A stretch of DNA of 64,000 bases from NCBI RefSeq assembly GCF_000485595.1, contig NW_014577064.1:370479-434478 (forward strand), written 5' to 3'. A program made the translations under genes and the position numbers. Each line of letters begins with the position of its first letter. Within the stretch, counting starts at the first letter, position 1. The notes under the pieces are model-generated. The model saw nothing but the letters and a program-made list of their open reading frames with translations, did not search any database and had not been told where the DNA came from. Origin of the DNA: Priapulus caudatus. Taxonomy: Eukaryota. This document shows, in pieces, positions 14,401-28,123 of this stretch.

Positions 14401-17400
14401 TGCAAATATAGAGGTGCATAACTACCTGCACCATCTTGTATCATATTCCTGAATCCAGTCGGTGATGCTGTTGTTTTATACACACCTATTAATATTCAAT
14501 AACTAGTCTGCAAGCAGCTCATCAGTACGTATTTGTTACAACATCTATATATCTACTCAAATCCTTGTACTGTGTTTGTCAAATAGCAGAATAACATATA
14601 ATTATGAAACTTAAGGAAATTGAGTTTCTGGTTACATATAATTTAAATTGTTTTGGCATATTGATCAACTAGACATCGTGGGAATAATCCGCACACAATC
14701 TTGCATGCACTACGCATTCACTACGTCAGCAAATGAATCTAGTACATTCACACTTACTTTGGACAACACTAAAAATCAGGCAACTAATGACTGGAGCGAT
14801 ATTATTCAGACATAAATAATATGCAATAAAATACTTTTCTTGTGATTTTATCTATAGCCAACTTTATCTATCTTGTTCATTGGTAGCAATGCATGTTTCT
14901 ACAATTCGCAAAAGGTAGCAGCAAGCGTTGTTATCCTCACTAGCAAGTGCTATCTCAAGGTTTGTGTTAACCGATGGCTGCTAAAATTTTTATCGTTCCT
15001 TGTACTAGATCCAAAAATATTAATCTTTCACTCTTCGGCACTCGTTTAGCTGGGCAACGCTTTCTGTGATTTTAAAATTGTGGATATAGTATCGACGGGG
15101 TTCTTATTTTTGAAGAATTGTGGAATGTTAAGTTGAACACGGTTGTGCTGAAACAAATAGGTCTTGGTATGTTGAACCTATCCCCCATTATGCTGTCTCC
15201 AGGTCGCACATCTGCGGCATGCCGCTCCTCTCTATTATCTGACGTACTGCCAGCTGGCACTGCAACCTAAATTGACTAGGTTTCACTTATTCACCTCAAT
15301 GGTTGCAATTCACTTTTTGATCGTCACAGCTGTGAATTCAACGTTGAATATTCAACGGTNNNNNNNNNNNNNNNNNNNNNNNNNGTGGTGCTGTGTGTGT
15401 CGTTGCGTGTGTGTGATGTGTCTTCGCAGCGTGATGTGCGTGTGGGGTCGTGTGTGTGTGTGTGCCCGTGTGGGGGGGTGCTGTGTTGTCGGTGTGCTGG
15501 CCCTTGTGTGTGTTTGTGCGTATCGGGTGCCGCGCCGCCGGGTGGTCGTGTGTATGTGTTGTGTGTGTGTTGTGTGTGTGCGTTGGTGTGTATGTGTTGG
15601 TGTGCCTCCGGGGTGCGTGGCTCGGCCCATGGTCCCATATGAGCATGTCACAAGTTGAATACTTTCCATCAGGGCAGCAATCTTTTTTTTGAAGTCTGCA
15701 ATGCCTGTTCCAGTGTACGTCGGTGTTTCGTTGACAGCGACGCTGTCAACAGCGCGTCCGATCATCAGCACGATAATACGTACATCGTCCGCCACAGAGT
15801 GCAAAACATTGCGATTGACATAAAGCGATTCACAACCCAAGCAAATAATTACCGAGGTGTGGTCTGCTGCATCACGTGGAAGACATCGCGAAGCACGTAA
15901 TATTACGTGCTACGCAGCCAGAGTGGTTTAAATCTCGCAGTGTTCGTGCTCCGTGACCTACCAGGCCCATTCAGATCTATCTTATTTCTAAACTTTGGAG
16001 TCTGTATCCAACAAAACCTGATGTGTGTTCCTACGTAGCGATGTTCGTGTAAACATTTGTGTGTGGTGCGCGTGCTGTGCGTGCGTGCGTGCGTGGCGTG
16101 CGTGCATGCGTGCGTGCGTCGTGTCTGTATTTCACTGTGGTGACTTGCCAACACAAAATCAATTGGGTGTGTGTGTGCCGGGTGTTGTAGGTGTGTGTTG
16201 GGTGGGTGTGTGTGCGTGTGTGTCTGTGTGCTGCGGTGCGGTGTGCCGTCTGCGTATGTACGTGTGTGTGTGTGTTGTGTGTGTGTGTTTGAACTGTCGA
16301 AATGTGTGTTTGTGTATGTGATGTGTGCGCGCGGGGAGAACTGTGTGTGCTGTGTGTGGGTCGATCTGTACTGCTGCTGTGTGTGTGTCTTGTTGGTCTG
16401 TGTAGAGGGATTAATGTTGGTGTGTGACGTGTGAGGATGGTTGTACATGCGATTTGTTGTATTGTGACATTCTAAATGTGCCTGATAGTGAATAGAATAG
16501 GCTGATGTGCGATAGACGCAAGCATTGAAGACTCCATTAACACCTTACATCATAAAGTTAGCGGTGTAGGCCTGTGGTAACACATGATCACAGTTACTAG
16601 CCCGACCCGTAAGCGGGGTTTTGTCGTTAGTGTCGTGCGTCCAAGCTCTGTGTTTGGTCAGATATGTGTGTCGGGTAGGCCTTGCCTTGTGTAGACGTGT
16701 AGAACTAGAACTCTATTTCGTGTTATCTATCTACTTGCGCTTTAGTACGTGAGATGTGTTGTTGTGTCCAGTTGTAGGCGTCCCTAGGAGTCATGCAGTA
16801 TGTGATGTGCTCGTTATGATGCATTCGTGCATGCGATACGAGTTTACAGTGCCATTATATAGTAGTAGTACAGGTTGTTACGTTAGGGGAGGGTGTATAT
16901 AGAGTAGTACTATATATAGTAGTACATAGTAGGTAGTATATATATCGAAGAGTCCATAATAGAAAATAATCTATTAGATAAAATAAATAAAATAGAAATT
17001 AAACAAGTATTCTATTATCGGACTCTTCGACCTTCCTATAGTTCGCACTACTATATCTCCGCTTTTTATCGCTGCCCCCCGCCATCGTCGTGACGCGTGT
17101 TGCTGTGTGCGTGGTGTCCGTGTTCGTCCGTGTGCTGATGTTGCTCGGTGTGCCTGCCTGTGTGTGTCCGTGTGCGCGCATCGCTGTGTTGCTGTCGCCC
17201 TCCCCTGTGCCCCTTGTACGCCGTTCCTTGTGCTGGCCGTGTGGCGCGGCGCGTCGTCGTGGTCCGCTGCCGCGCGCGCGCGTGTGTGCCTCTGTGTACG
17301 TGGCCGTGCCCGTGCGCGCGTCCTGCTGGGTGGCCCCCCTGCGTGTGTGCTCGGCGCCTGCCGCGTGTGGTGTGGCTTCCGAAAACTGCCCGCACCTCTG

Positions 17401-18167
17401 AAGTTCTGCCCGTTGTTAAGTTCCTTCTTCTCGTCCCGCCCCGCCACACGCGATCCACTAGCTTCACATGACACCATTTGGTTACCTCCCTCAAAAATTG
17501 AAATTCTTTAATTAAAATTAAATATCTTAATCTAAATTCAACTTTCTTAGATTACCACTTACAATTAATTTTCTAAAAAATCTGTGGTGTGCGACTGTGT
17601 GATTCGTCAGTGTGTGGTCGTGCCTGTGTGTTACGCCCTGTGTCTTTCGTCGTGCCCTCTATGCCGGCCGGAGATCCAAAGAAACGTGTGTGTGTGTGTG
17701 TAGTGTGTGTGTGCGTGTCGTGCGTGCGACTCGTGTGCGTGCTGGTGCGACGTGCGTGTGTGTGATGTGGTGTGTTGTGTGCGTGCGTCGCATGCCGTGC
17801 GTGTCTTTCACGTCTACCCGAGCGATATTTCAGCTATCGCTCCACTAATGGAGACCCTTTCTTCACGAGCTTTCTAAAGAAGAGGCTTGCCGATGGTTAG
17901 GTAACGTAAAAAAGACGAACGTTTTCATTGTTGTTCCTTCCCAATTTCGAGCTTAATGATGTGCAATCTGATCTAATTAATGTACCGCGAGTTATGCACT
18001 GAATAAAATCTTTTCATAATAACTTTGCAGGTCAGATTTAATTTTCGCAAAAAGTTCACTAAGCGCAACAGCTAGTGATGACCCGCCATCATACTCGGTA
18101 CGCGCATATGATATATAACTATATATATATATAATATATACATATATATATATATATTGTGATATTG

Positions 18168-18169
<2 letters not shown>

Positions 18170-18200
<31 letters not shown>

Positions 18201-19690
18201 GTGTGATTCGTGTGTGTGTGGGGTGTGTGTCTGTGGTGTGTCGATGTGTAGTTATTGGTGGTGTGGGGTGTGTGTGTGTGTGTGTGCGTGCGTGCGTCCG
18301 TGCGTGGTTGCGTGCGTGCGTGCGTGTTGTTGTGTGCACACGGCACGGCGTAGATTATCTTCGCTGAGGTGTATTTTAATATGGATGATAGACGGCAGCT
18401 TGAAATTTTGGCCCTTGCTCTTGATTTAATTAAACACCGTCCATGCGATACTGAGCTTCTGGTACCTGCGCCAAACATTCACGCAAACATAGAACCACGA
18501 AGAGCAGCAAAAAACCAAAGAAATCAGATTAAATGGATTTTTTACAACTTACAGTAATCCTGTAATACTGCACCACCGATGTGAAGCGCCTCGGCTGCAC
18601 TCTTTATGAAAGCATATTCCTTTGGAGATACCTGCAAAGAACATACCATTTATTAGTAACCTCTGTCGTATAAATAGTAACTGAAAAAGTTGCAGGGGTT
18701 TGTTAAAAACTACTACCGAAATATGAATTACTTTAAATTCATGTATGGCCAAATTGTCTATTTCATGATGGTTTTTGCTATTGAAAATACTGCAGCGCAA
18801 ACGAGCGCGCGCACGTATGCACGCTTACAGATGAGGAGACGGCATACTCCAACGTACACGCCAGTGTGCGCTCGCTCCGCAACGCACACGCACGCACACG
18901 CAACGCTTCTCACGCACACGCGCCACACGCTACATGTTACGCACACGCACACGCACACGCACACGCACGCAATCGCGCCACACGACATGTATAACACGCG
19001 ACACGCACATCGACCACGCACACCGCACCACGCACACGACACACGGCACACGCAGCCGCAAATCGCGCCACCACGCACGATAGCTACACGCCGCCCACAA
19101 CGCAACGCACACGCACACACCCACCCGCATTGCAGCACACACATCCTCGCTGGCGCACGGACCACCCCGCACTTACACCATGCATACGCTTTCCGAGATT
19201 ACAAGACCTGACATTTGTTCACATGGCTCATACATTTGTTATGATATAATAGCCATATGGTTGCTACTTAAATTATTAATTTATTATTATTCATTATCTA
19301 TCTTTATTTTATTATTTATTATTTGTTTATTTATTATTTGCTGTATGCGTTGTCTTATTATGGTGTGAGATGGTGCGTCACTCTGTCTCCGCAACCAACA
19401 CGCAGCATCGCTCCCATTCACGTGTAACTGATAGCACGGTGCCAATTAAAACATCTAATTTATTAATCTTGTTTTTCGAATGAATCCACTTTCTGGTTCA
19501 GAAGTTCAAACACATGTCTTTAATAACGTCACGAAAAAACTCACATGCGAACCGAGCAGCATGCGCAGGGAAGTTTATGGACATGATTACGTGATCGCAC
19601 AAATGGCTGATGCCGAAAATCTAACGTAAATGCTTCCCCATTGAGCAAAAAAACGATGCGGGTGACATTTCTTGAGCTACATCACCGTAT
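18170..19690 (-). repeat. Indel-rich inverted copy of 28846-29967
   Basis: e.g. 18400-18800 is the reverse complement of about 29470-29850. Confidence 0.9.
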
Positions 19691-22600
19691 GCCCCTGCGG
19701 ATTCAAAACTCTCGAGCATTCCGTGCTGCGAATGCATCATTACGTAAACATAGTCTCAGACTTGCAGCTGTAAGGCCTATGTGGTAATTGAGATCGTAAG
19801 CGTAAAAAGAGTAATGCAAAGATATAAAACGGTATAGAATTGAACATTATAAAGGCGGTGTCTCAGCTGATTACATATCGGGCGTCTTGCACTAGTAAGT
19901 CAGTGAATTATAGTTTATAATTAATTTCTTGATACAATAGTATTCTTGCAATATTACGTGTTAGCAGTCGTTCGAACAAAGCTGAATGGAGTTGCTCGAC
20001 TTCGTTCTTTATGCTAGCAAGTCTATTACTCGAATGTATCATTACAGTCACCGCACCATTATACGAGCACGAAAATACAACAACTTTTTCCAGGGTACAA
20101 TCTTAACACGGAGAGAATTTGCAATGGGAGGCAATGACGATAGCTGATAAACCCGCTCGCTTGCAGACATTGGCGTGGGTGCGTGCAAGAAGATCCAGAC
20201 ACGCAGTAACAGAGAGTGATGGCCATGCCACATGTAAGAGGCTGTAGCCGACCGGCAGGGGTTCGGGCACGAGTGTTCCAGCAGAACACCGGCAAAAGTG
20301 ATAGATCTAATAGACACGAAGAATGGCTATCACAAAGCGCCTGCCCTTCAGCGTGGTGTACAGCTTCATGTGTAGTTTCCGTTAGAATGAGGGAATCCGA
20401 GCGTTACGCGAACTTACATTGACAACGAACAATCGCTCGAATTCAGCACGTTTGCACATCCACTATGTGGCGAGCAATCATCCCACATTCATGAAATGCC
20501 AGGCTCGAGGTCAACATCAAGCTCAGGTGTACGCGAGATATCTTGCGTCTTTATTTATAGTCCGCTAGCTCGGAGAGAAACGCCGAATTTTCGTGTTGTT
20601 TATTAATGAAGGACGCGGTTACAACATTCTAAGTACTGAATAAGCACGCTCCTCGATTGGGAATGATGTTAGGATACAGCGACCTACAGAGAAAGTGGAG
20701 ATTGTTCCAATCTCCACTAGGGCGACCATGCCGACGCAGTTTGATCGACACGCGCAACCGAACCACTTACGAACAGAATCTTCTCGATCACGAATAAAAG
20801 GGACGTGACGCACACGGCAACATACCAAGCGTATTACTTTAGAAAAGGTTGGGAAATGTTAGGTGACATGAAGTACCGGCGCGACTAGCTAGACAAAATT
20901 CATCGCTTCAGACGCAATTTTGCACAATGTGTATTGATTCCCGTGGGCTAGAAGAATAGATAGTGACAATAGGGTATGCATAGCGTTAAGCACCACACCC
21001 AGCGTTCTTGTGCTACAACCGGAGGGTATGCGAATTACTGCCACGACGCAAACGTTATGCGTAATCCGTGCTGCGGTGTTTTATCTGAGGAGCTCGCATT
21101 TGCGTCTTCCGCGAGAATGGAAATGCATTTCATTTCAGCGGAATCGCTTGCCTTTCAGCTAAGTTGCTGCCAGCAGTTAGGAAGGCCAGACAGCTATAAT
21201 GAGTCTGCATGGTGGGCGGCGGGATGTCGGGGAAACCCCCACTGCGACTCGATGTGAAATCTTGAGATAAGATTTTGCAGGCACACCTTCTTTCGGGCCT
21301 GTCTCTTTCTTTAAGGCGGGTAAGATCGACGAACAGCGCATTGTCTCCTAGGTGGTTAAGTGTGGCACGGGTAGCTGATTGGGACGGCCGCGTCCGGACC
21401 GCCGCGCTTTTGTTCATGGTACTTCAATATTAGGCGCAAGGAATGCTGTGCCGACAAAGATCTTTTGAAGAACGAATGCAGATAATGCACGTATACTCGC
21501 GGCATGCCCCTCTTCTTTTAAGGAGTATAAGTTGCACGAAAAACCTTGGTGTGGGTGGCTAAGCGACGAGCGACCCGTGCGCCATTCAGCCCACTGCCAC
21601 GTCCTCAGAATAGGCGCAGCGCGAACAACGAGCGGATTCTGTCGGTTTCAAGTGCACACATAGTGGAGAGCGGATTTTACGAAGTACATATCCTTAGGGG
21701 CATGGCGCCGGCTCTTTTTAGACGGCGGTATGTTGGCGAACGTTGTGTTTCTTAGCTAACGCGGATTATGCAACGCCTTGTGCCATTTCTCAGCGTACGT
21801 TTTTCATGGCATTCTCAGGAGGGGGTGACCGAAGAGAAACCTCCGGCGTCGGGAGGCGGTGCCGAAAGCTGCTTAATTTGTAGCGCGTGAAAGGGTCGAC
21901 CGAAAGACCCTTGTCTCGGTGGCTGAGGCGTGCGAGCGACCTGAGCGGCGGGATTCCGTGTTTACGATGTCTCGTTAAATCGGCGGTGTCGAGTCTGTTA
22001 CGGATGTTAAGATTTAAAATCGGTGGTGTCGAGTAGATGGTCAGCGAGCGACTGCATCTTTCACGCAGCGCTCGGATGCGCCGTCTGCTACACATCACAC
22101 CGTACATGCTTCGAATCAGCGTAAGCGCACCGAGCTCCCAGTCAGTACGCTGTTAAACACGTTCTATTCCTCGTGTTATCGTCGGCCGCGATGTGCAAGG
22201 AAACACGCTATATGTCAGGCGCAGCTCGGGCGTGACCGATTCCATCTTTCGCGTTACTTCCACTCAGACGAAACGATTGACTTCGTTGTCCTAGATTACT
22301 GATTCGGTTCGAGAACGTTATGTAAGTCATGTGGAGTGGGTCACCGAGATACGGAAAAAGCGTATTGTGAATTTCAGTAGCAGAGAGAGAGAGAGAAAGA
22401 AGGAGAGAGAGAGAGAGAGAGCGAGAGAGGGAGAGAGAGGAGAAGAGAGAGAGAGCGAGAGGAGGAGAGGGAGAGAAGAGAGAAAGAGAAGAGAGAGAGA
22501 GAGAGAGAAGAAGAGAGAGAAGCGAGACGAGGGCGAGAGAGAGAGAGAGAGAGAGAGTATTATTATATTATTATTATTATTATTATTATTATTATCTGAT

Positions 22601-24050
22601 TCCAAAGCCTGGGACACGGCATTGCCAGTGGGTTTTTTGTTGACGTGTTCAACCGGGACATAGAGATCAATCCGAATTTTTCGCGGATGTGTGCTGTTCA
22701 TGGTTTAGTGCGATTTTCTGCCAATTCTTGAGCAGTGTGATGGCCAGGGAGTTCTAAATTTCTTCTCAAATCCATTCTTTTAGAGCCAATGGCTCCACCA
22801 CCATGGCATTATTAATTATTTGTTCAAGTGTGGCGATCAGGATGGTGTCGCAGTGGATACAGCATGTAGCCGGTGCTTTGGTTGACTGTGTCCAACCTGG
22901 GGACAATTATATTTATTGTATTTGTTTTATTTATCTATTCATATTCATTTCATATTATTGTTGTTGTTATTATTTAATTTTAATTTTAATTTTATTTTAT
23001 TATTATTATTCTTTTTTTTTTTTTAATTCATGTATTCTTCTTTTATGTCGCGTTATTATATTTTCTAATATCAAGTACATTTTCATTGAATTACAGTTTT
23101 TAATTGATAAAAAATCTGATAGAAGAATTAATGTTAAAACTACTTATGCATAGATTTATTATGTATTAGATTTATACTGACGGTTAGTATTATTATCTAA
23201 TGCATATAATGCTAATTTTACAAAATTTTCACTTAAGAGAATCTGGTAGTATTAGAGTATGATATGAACGATGTTCTGTGTTGGTTCTCACCCTGAGTCT
23301 GTATAATTACTTCAAAGCCATGCACCTCATGCAGCACACACGTCAATATAGCCCAGCATTGTGGCATAGATATACAGCTTGTACTAAAACATCGAAGCGA
23401 AGTAATTATATTCAGCTGCTAATGACACGCTAATGAGCCTACGTCACGCGCGGGCCGAAAAATCGCACACATTTAGCAACGGAAAGTGGTGATTCACTGC
23501 ACCACGCGGAGGTATACACACGCACGCACAGATATTGCCACGATGCGCACGCCCGCACTATTCACGCATGCACGCCGCACGCACACGCTTGCACGGACGA
23601 GTTACACCACGCACGCCCACACGTGCGCCCACACGTGCGCACGACACGCCGCAACGCACGCTACAACGTACGCCCACACGTGCGCCCTGCACGCACGCCC
23701 ACACGCCCACTGCACACGTGCGCACCCACGCACGCACGCAGCACGCCCATCACGATGCGCAGCGCACGCCACGCACGCCGCTCACACGTGCGGCCTGCAC
23801 GCCCCACACGTGCGCCACGCACGCACGCTCACACTCACGCTTGCCAACAATTGCCCAGAGACGCAGAATGCAGCGTAATCTAGAGCAGGCAACATACATT
23901 AGATCAAAGAGCTAATAAATACCATAGGTCTTTATTAAGCTCTTGATAGGATATGTGTGTGTGTGTGTGTGATAGTGTGTGTGTGTGTGTGTGTGGTGTG
24001 TGTGTGTGGTGTGTGTGTTGTATGAGTGTGTGTGTGTGTGTTTGTGTGTG
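19520..24050 (-). repeat. Indel-rich inverted copy of 1-4572
   Basis: Collinear reverse complement throughout, e.g. 23881-23950 vs 101-172, 20520-20640 vs 3325-3443, 19520-19700 vs 4410-4572. Confidence 0.93.
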
Positions 24051-24144
24051 CGGTTTGCGTGGCGCACGCGCGCGTAGATGTTGGTTCTATGAGCTGTGTT
24101 TCGTGAGGCAGATGTTTAATGTGTCCTAAGTTGTGCTATATGTG

Positions 24145-24181
<37 letters not shown>

Positions 24182-27022
24182 CTGTTGTGTGTGTGTGTGG
24201 TGTGTGCTGTTGTGTGTGTTGTTGTGTGTGTGTGTGTTGTGTGTGGTGTGGTGTGTGTTGTGTTGTAGTGGTGTGGTGTGTGTTGTTGTGTGGCATATAA
24301 CGTTAGTTGATTCCTGACGTATTTTCCCATGTATCAACCTTAATGATATAAAACATTTCCGGAGCGCTATGGTGCGGCGTTAATATTCCGCACCTGGACA
24401 TCCGTGTAATCGAAGTTTTTCTCGAGCTTCATTAGATCAACACGGAGGCCACGCACGTAACCCCCCCCCCCACACAGCACACACTCCTTCTCACACACAC
24501 ACACACCACACACCACACACACACCACACACCACACAGCACAACAACACACACACACACACCACACCCCACACAAACCAACACACACACACCAACACCAC
24601 ACACACACTCATACACACACACACACACCACCACCACACACACACACCACACACACACAGCACACACACACACCGCACGCACACATACCACATGACGCAC
24701 ACGGACTGACACACACAGCTCCCAGGCAGCTCATCACTTATAATACACTACACGGCACTCATATCTCACATCTACATCACACACATATTAACACAGCACA
24801 CTCTACATCACACACTATCACACCTACTTACACATCTCAGCGCATCACAACACCATCACACACATCATCACAGCGCAACACACTACCGCACACGCACGCA
24901 CATTTACGAACGCACGATGCACGTGCTATGTGCGATTACCCACACCTACATATCTAATATAATATTTCTGAATGCAGTCTGTTTGTTTGTCTGTCTTCAA
25001 TGCAAAAATCATATATGTACACATACTAAAATTGCACAAGGATTTCAGTAGGCGGTAACCTTTAATGATGAATGTCATGGGCACATTGGATTTGACCTGC
25101 GAGGTCATCTAAGGTCGCAGGAGGACAAAATGAGGCAAAAATCGCAGGACATCTCAATCGTGGCTTCGTGCGTCGTTACATGTGTGACCGCCTGGTGATC
25201 ACCAACTTAGGTGGAGACACACCTCACGCATGAGCTCGCAGCAATTAAATTCGTGTGTGAAGCGATAGGAAGCTGAGGAGAGCGAAGAAAGATGGCGTGG
25301 CGGGGGAAGAGAAAAGAACAGCAGAAGAGAGAGAGAGAGAGAGAGAGAAGAGATGAGAGACAAGAGAGAGAGAGAGAGGGAAGAGACGACGCGTTGCAGG
25401 AGAGGAAGGAGTGGTGAGAGGGTAGACAAAAAGAGATGGGTCAAAGGGGATAGGCTAGAGCAGTCGCGCGAGCGACGCCAGCGAGCGAGCGGGAGAGCCA
25501 TATATGATATATATATATAATATCTCTCTTTGCTCTTCCATGCACTCAGCGTGCGTTGAACTTTATCTCTCTATAGTTTTTGTCGCTACCACTTGCATCT
25601 CATTAAGATGTTATGCCACGTCTCTCTCGCCGCGCTGGGCGGGATGCGGTGGGGCAGGTCGGATGCGGAACTAACGTCGCTGGGATGAGCGCGAATCAAG
25701 GAAAAGGGATATTAATTAAAAAAGTGGGGTTAAATGAAAAAGAGTACGAGAGAGAAAAAGTTTACGAGGAAATGAGAGCAGGACGATCAGGGCACTGGCT
25801 AGGAAGGACAAGAAGAGAGAAGAGAGAGAGAGAGAAGGAGATCGAGAGAGAGAGAGAGAGAGAGAGGATCTGGTGAAATGCTCGAGAGAGAGAGAGTGAT
25901 GAGAGAGAGAGAGGAAGAGAGAGAGAGAGAGAGATGAGGAGAGACAAGAGAGAATGAAGTAAAAGGATCACAAGGGTGAAACAATGAAATTAAATAATAC
26001 GTATTACCTCTAACTATATGTACAAGTGATAAGTTTCACATGTAAGTTTCACACAGACAATCCACACATTTAAGTGTTACAATAGAAACGGGACATCGCT
26101 ATGTAACGATTTCTTATGTGTACTCCATATTATCATCCTGTATCTACTAATATCTATCAGTTACGGTTATGATTCTACATGCAACGATAAATTGGTAGGT
26201 GTGGTTTATGATCAGATTATTACAACATACCATCTCACGACTTCAATGCTGCTATAAATGTCTTATACCCGGTGCCTTCATCTAAGACAGTTTGAATCGC
26301 ATTTGAATAAGGGGAAGCTTGGCAATTATTCTGCATTGTTGATTACATATATCAGCAAGTACAAGCAGAAATGCGGAGCAATCAACTCTCGGCTCAGAAA
26401 AGGCAAATCTCAAATAAAATAAAATAAAATAAATAAAATAAAAATAAATAAAATAAATAAAAATAAATAAAAATAAATAAAAATAATAAAAATAATAAAA
26501 ATAAAAATTTAAATGACTAAATCACAATATGAATACTTACTCGACAGACTCGACGGCAGCCGTCAGTCAATCCGGCAAAGGCGTGGGGAGATATGTTCTC
26601 GATGTTGCAGTTCTGCAGATCTCTGAAATTAGACGTAACCGACAGTTTATGCCGGCGACAAACGTGCAAAACATATTCTACAAGGCGTGTCTTCTACGTT
26701 GGTAAAAAAAACAAGGCAGACGGACTTGTTAGGAATTTCAAGTAGTCGGAGGAGAGTCTATATACGGTCCTCGTAATTGTGTTAAAGATTAATTTAGCAG
26801 ATAATTCTGCGTGATGAAATTTGAAATTAGGGCCGAAATTAGATAATGTTCCCTCTAACTTTCACGTAGAAAACATGATTACGCACAGATATTGCAGTAA
26901 ACGCATACCCGACTACCAATAACACACAGTTTATGAGCGATGTACAATGAATCGTAACATTAACTAATAGTAGTATATGATATATGCATACGATATGTAT
27001 ATATATCTATATATCTATATAG

Positions 27023-27062
<40 letters not shown>

Positions 27063-27832
27063 TAGATAGAGATGAGATAGATAGATAGATAATTAAGTAT
27101 ATGATAGATTAAACTCTCTCTCTCTATCGCGTTTTCTTCTTGTTGACTATTTGGACCAGGATCTTCGTATAAAAAAAGTCAAAGAAAGTTTAAACGTTTA
27201 AATGCACGTGGGAGAATAAAAATATAAACCAATTCCCTGGGCACATTGTAATGAGAACTAAATAAGATGCAAGTGACTTAGGTCAATGACACAAACGACA
27301 GGCGCTGTCACTTGCCTACGTTGACATTTCTACACGTAGGATGAATCTGGAAGCTTTTATCGGGAATCAACTCTTCCCTCCCCCCCCCACCTTCGCGACA
27401 TGGCTAGGTCCTAGTCCTGAACCTATCTTTGGAACAAAGACACACAGCTACGGGAAATAGCTAGACGCCATAGTCCGATAAAGTTATTACTGCTGGTTGA
27501 AAAGACGCGCGGGACAAGTATTGAGCCTGGCATTGGGGGCCGGAAATGCCAATTACAATTACCTATGAGAGCAAACTCTGAAGTCTTCCATGTTTAGATA
27601 TAGATATTCACGTCTTAATTTTTATTCGTTATTATGCACCTTTCTCGCATCGGGTATACGCCTCGCTTTGCAATGTCAAGTTTACACCAGGGTAGACGGA
27701 GTTTACCACGAGAAGGCTGGCACTAACGCAGATGGGGGTGTCTGGCGATATCAGGTACTACAAATATGATACCGAGGTAGTTTTGGGTTGTTTAGTATTA
27801 ATGTTTATATTTTTATATGAGGTATCGTTTAG

Positions 27833-27960
27833 TTTACTAATTATTGTGTTTACAAATTATTGTGTTTACTAATTATTGTGTTTACTAATTATTGTGTTTA
27901 CAAATTATTGTGTTTACAAATTATTGTGTTTACTAATTATTGTGTTTACTAATTATTGTT
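27833..27960 (+). repeat. 8 x 16-bp tandem repeat TTTAC(T/A)AATTATTGTG just upstream of a 3' splice site
   Basis: Five TACTAAT and three TACAAAT units; ends 16 nt before exon 27977. Confidence 0.9.
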
Positions 27961-27976
27961 TCTGAATTCTGCACAG

Positions 27977-28123
27977 CGATCTGTCGTCGAATCTCATCGC
28001 CACTGTCCACAGCGATAGCTTCGTCAACGTTTCCAACACACTACAGCACCTCCTACTCGACTCCAATCACATCGAAGCGATACCAGTCGATGCGCTGCGG
28101 TCACTCTATAATCTACAGACGCT
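27977..28123 (+). CDS. rk: LRR exon (147 nt, two LRRs) of type-B LGR
   Basis: gcacAG / GTGAGT, phase 2-2; DLSSNLIATVHSDSFVNVSNTLQHLLLDSNHIEAIPVDALRSLYNLQTL. Confidence 0.88.

Noticed and set aside
12150..15350. Possible decayed coding relic on the minus strand (e.g. CNECAYEFC, WPPLYWVKHK)
   Set aside because: No recognisable domain or termini; a translated search would be needed.
15640..15900. Protein-like minus-strand stretch (TGTGIADFKKKIAALMESIQL)
   Set aside because: Short, in noisy gap-fill sequence and without a recognisable motif.
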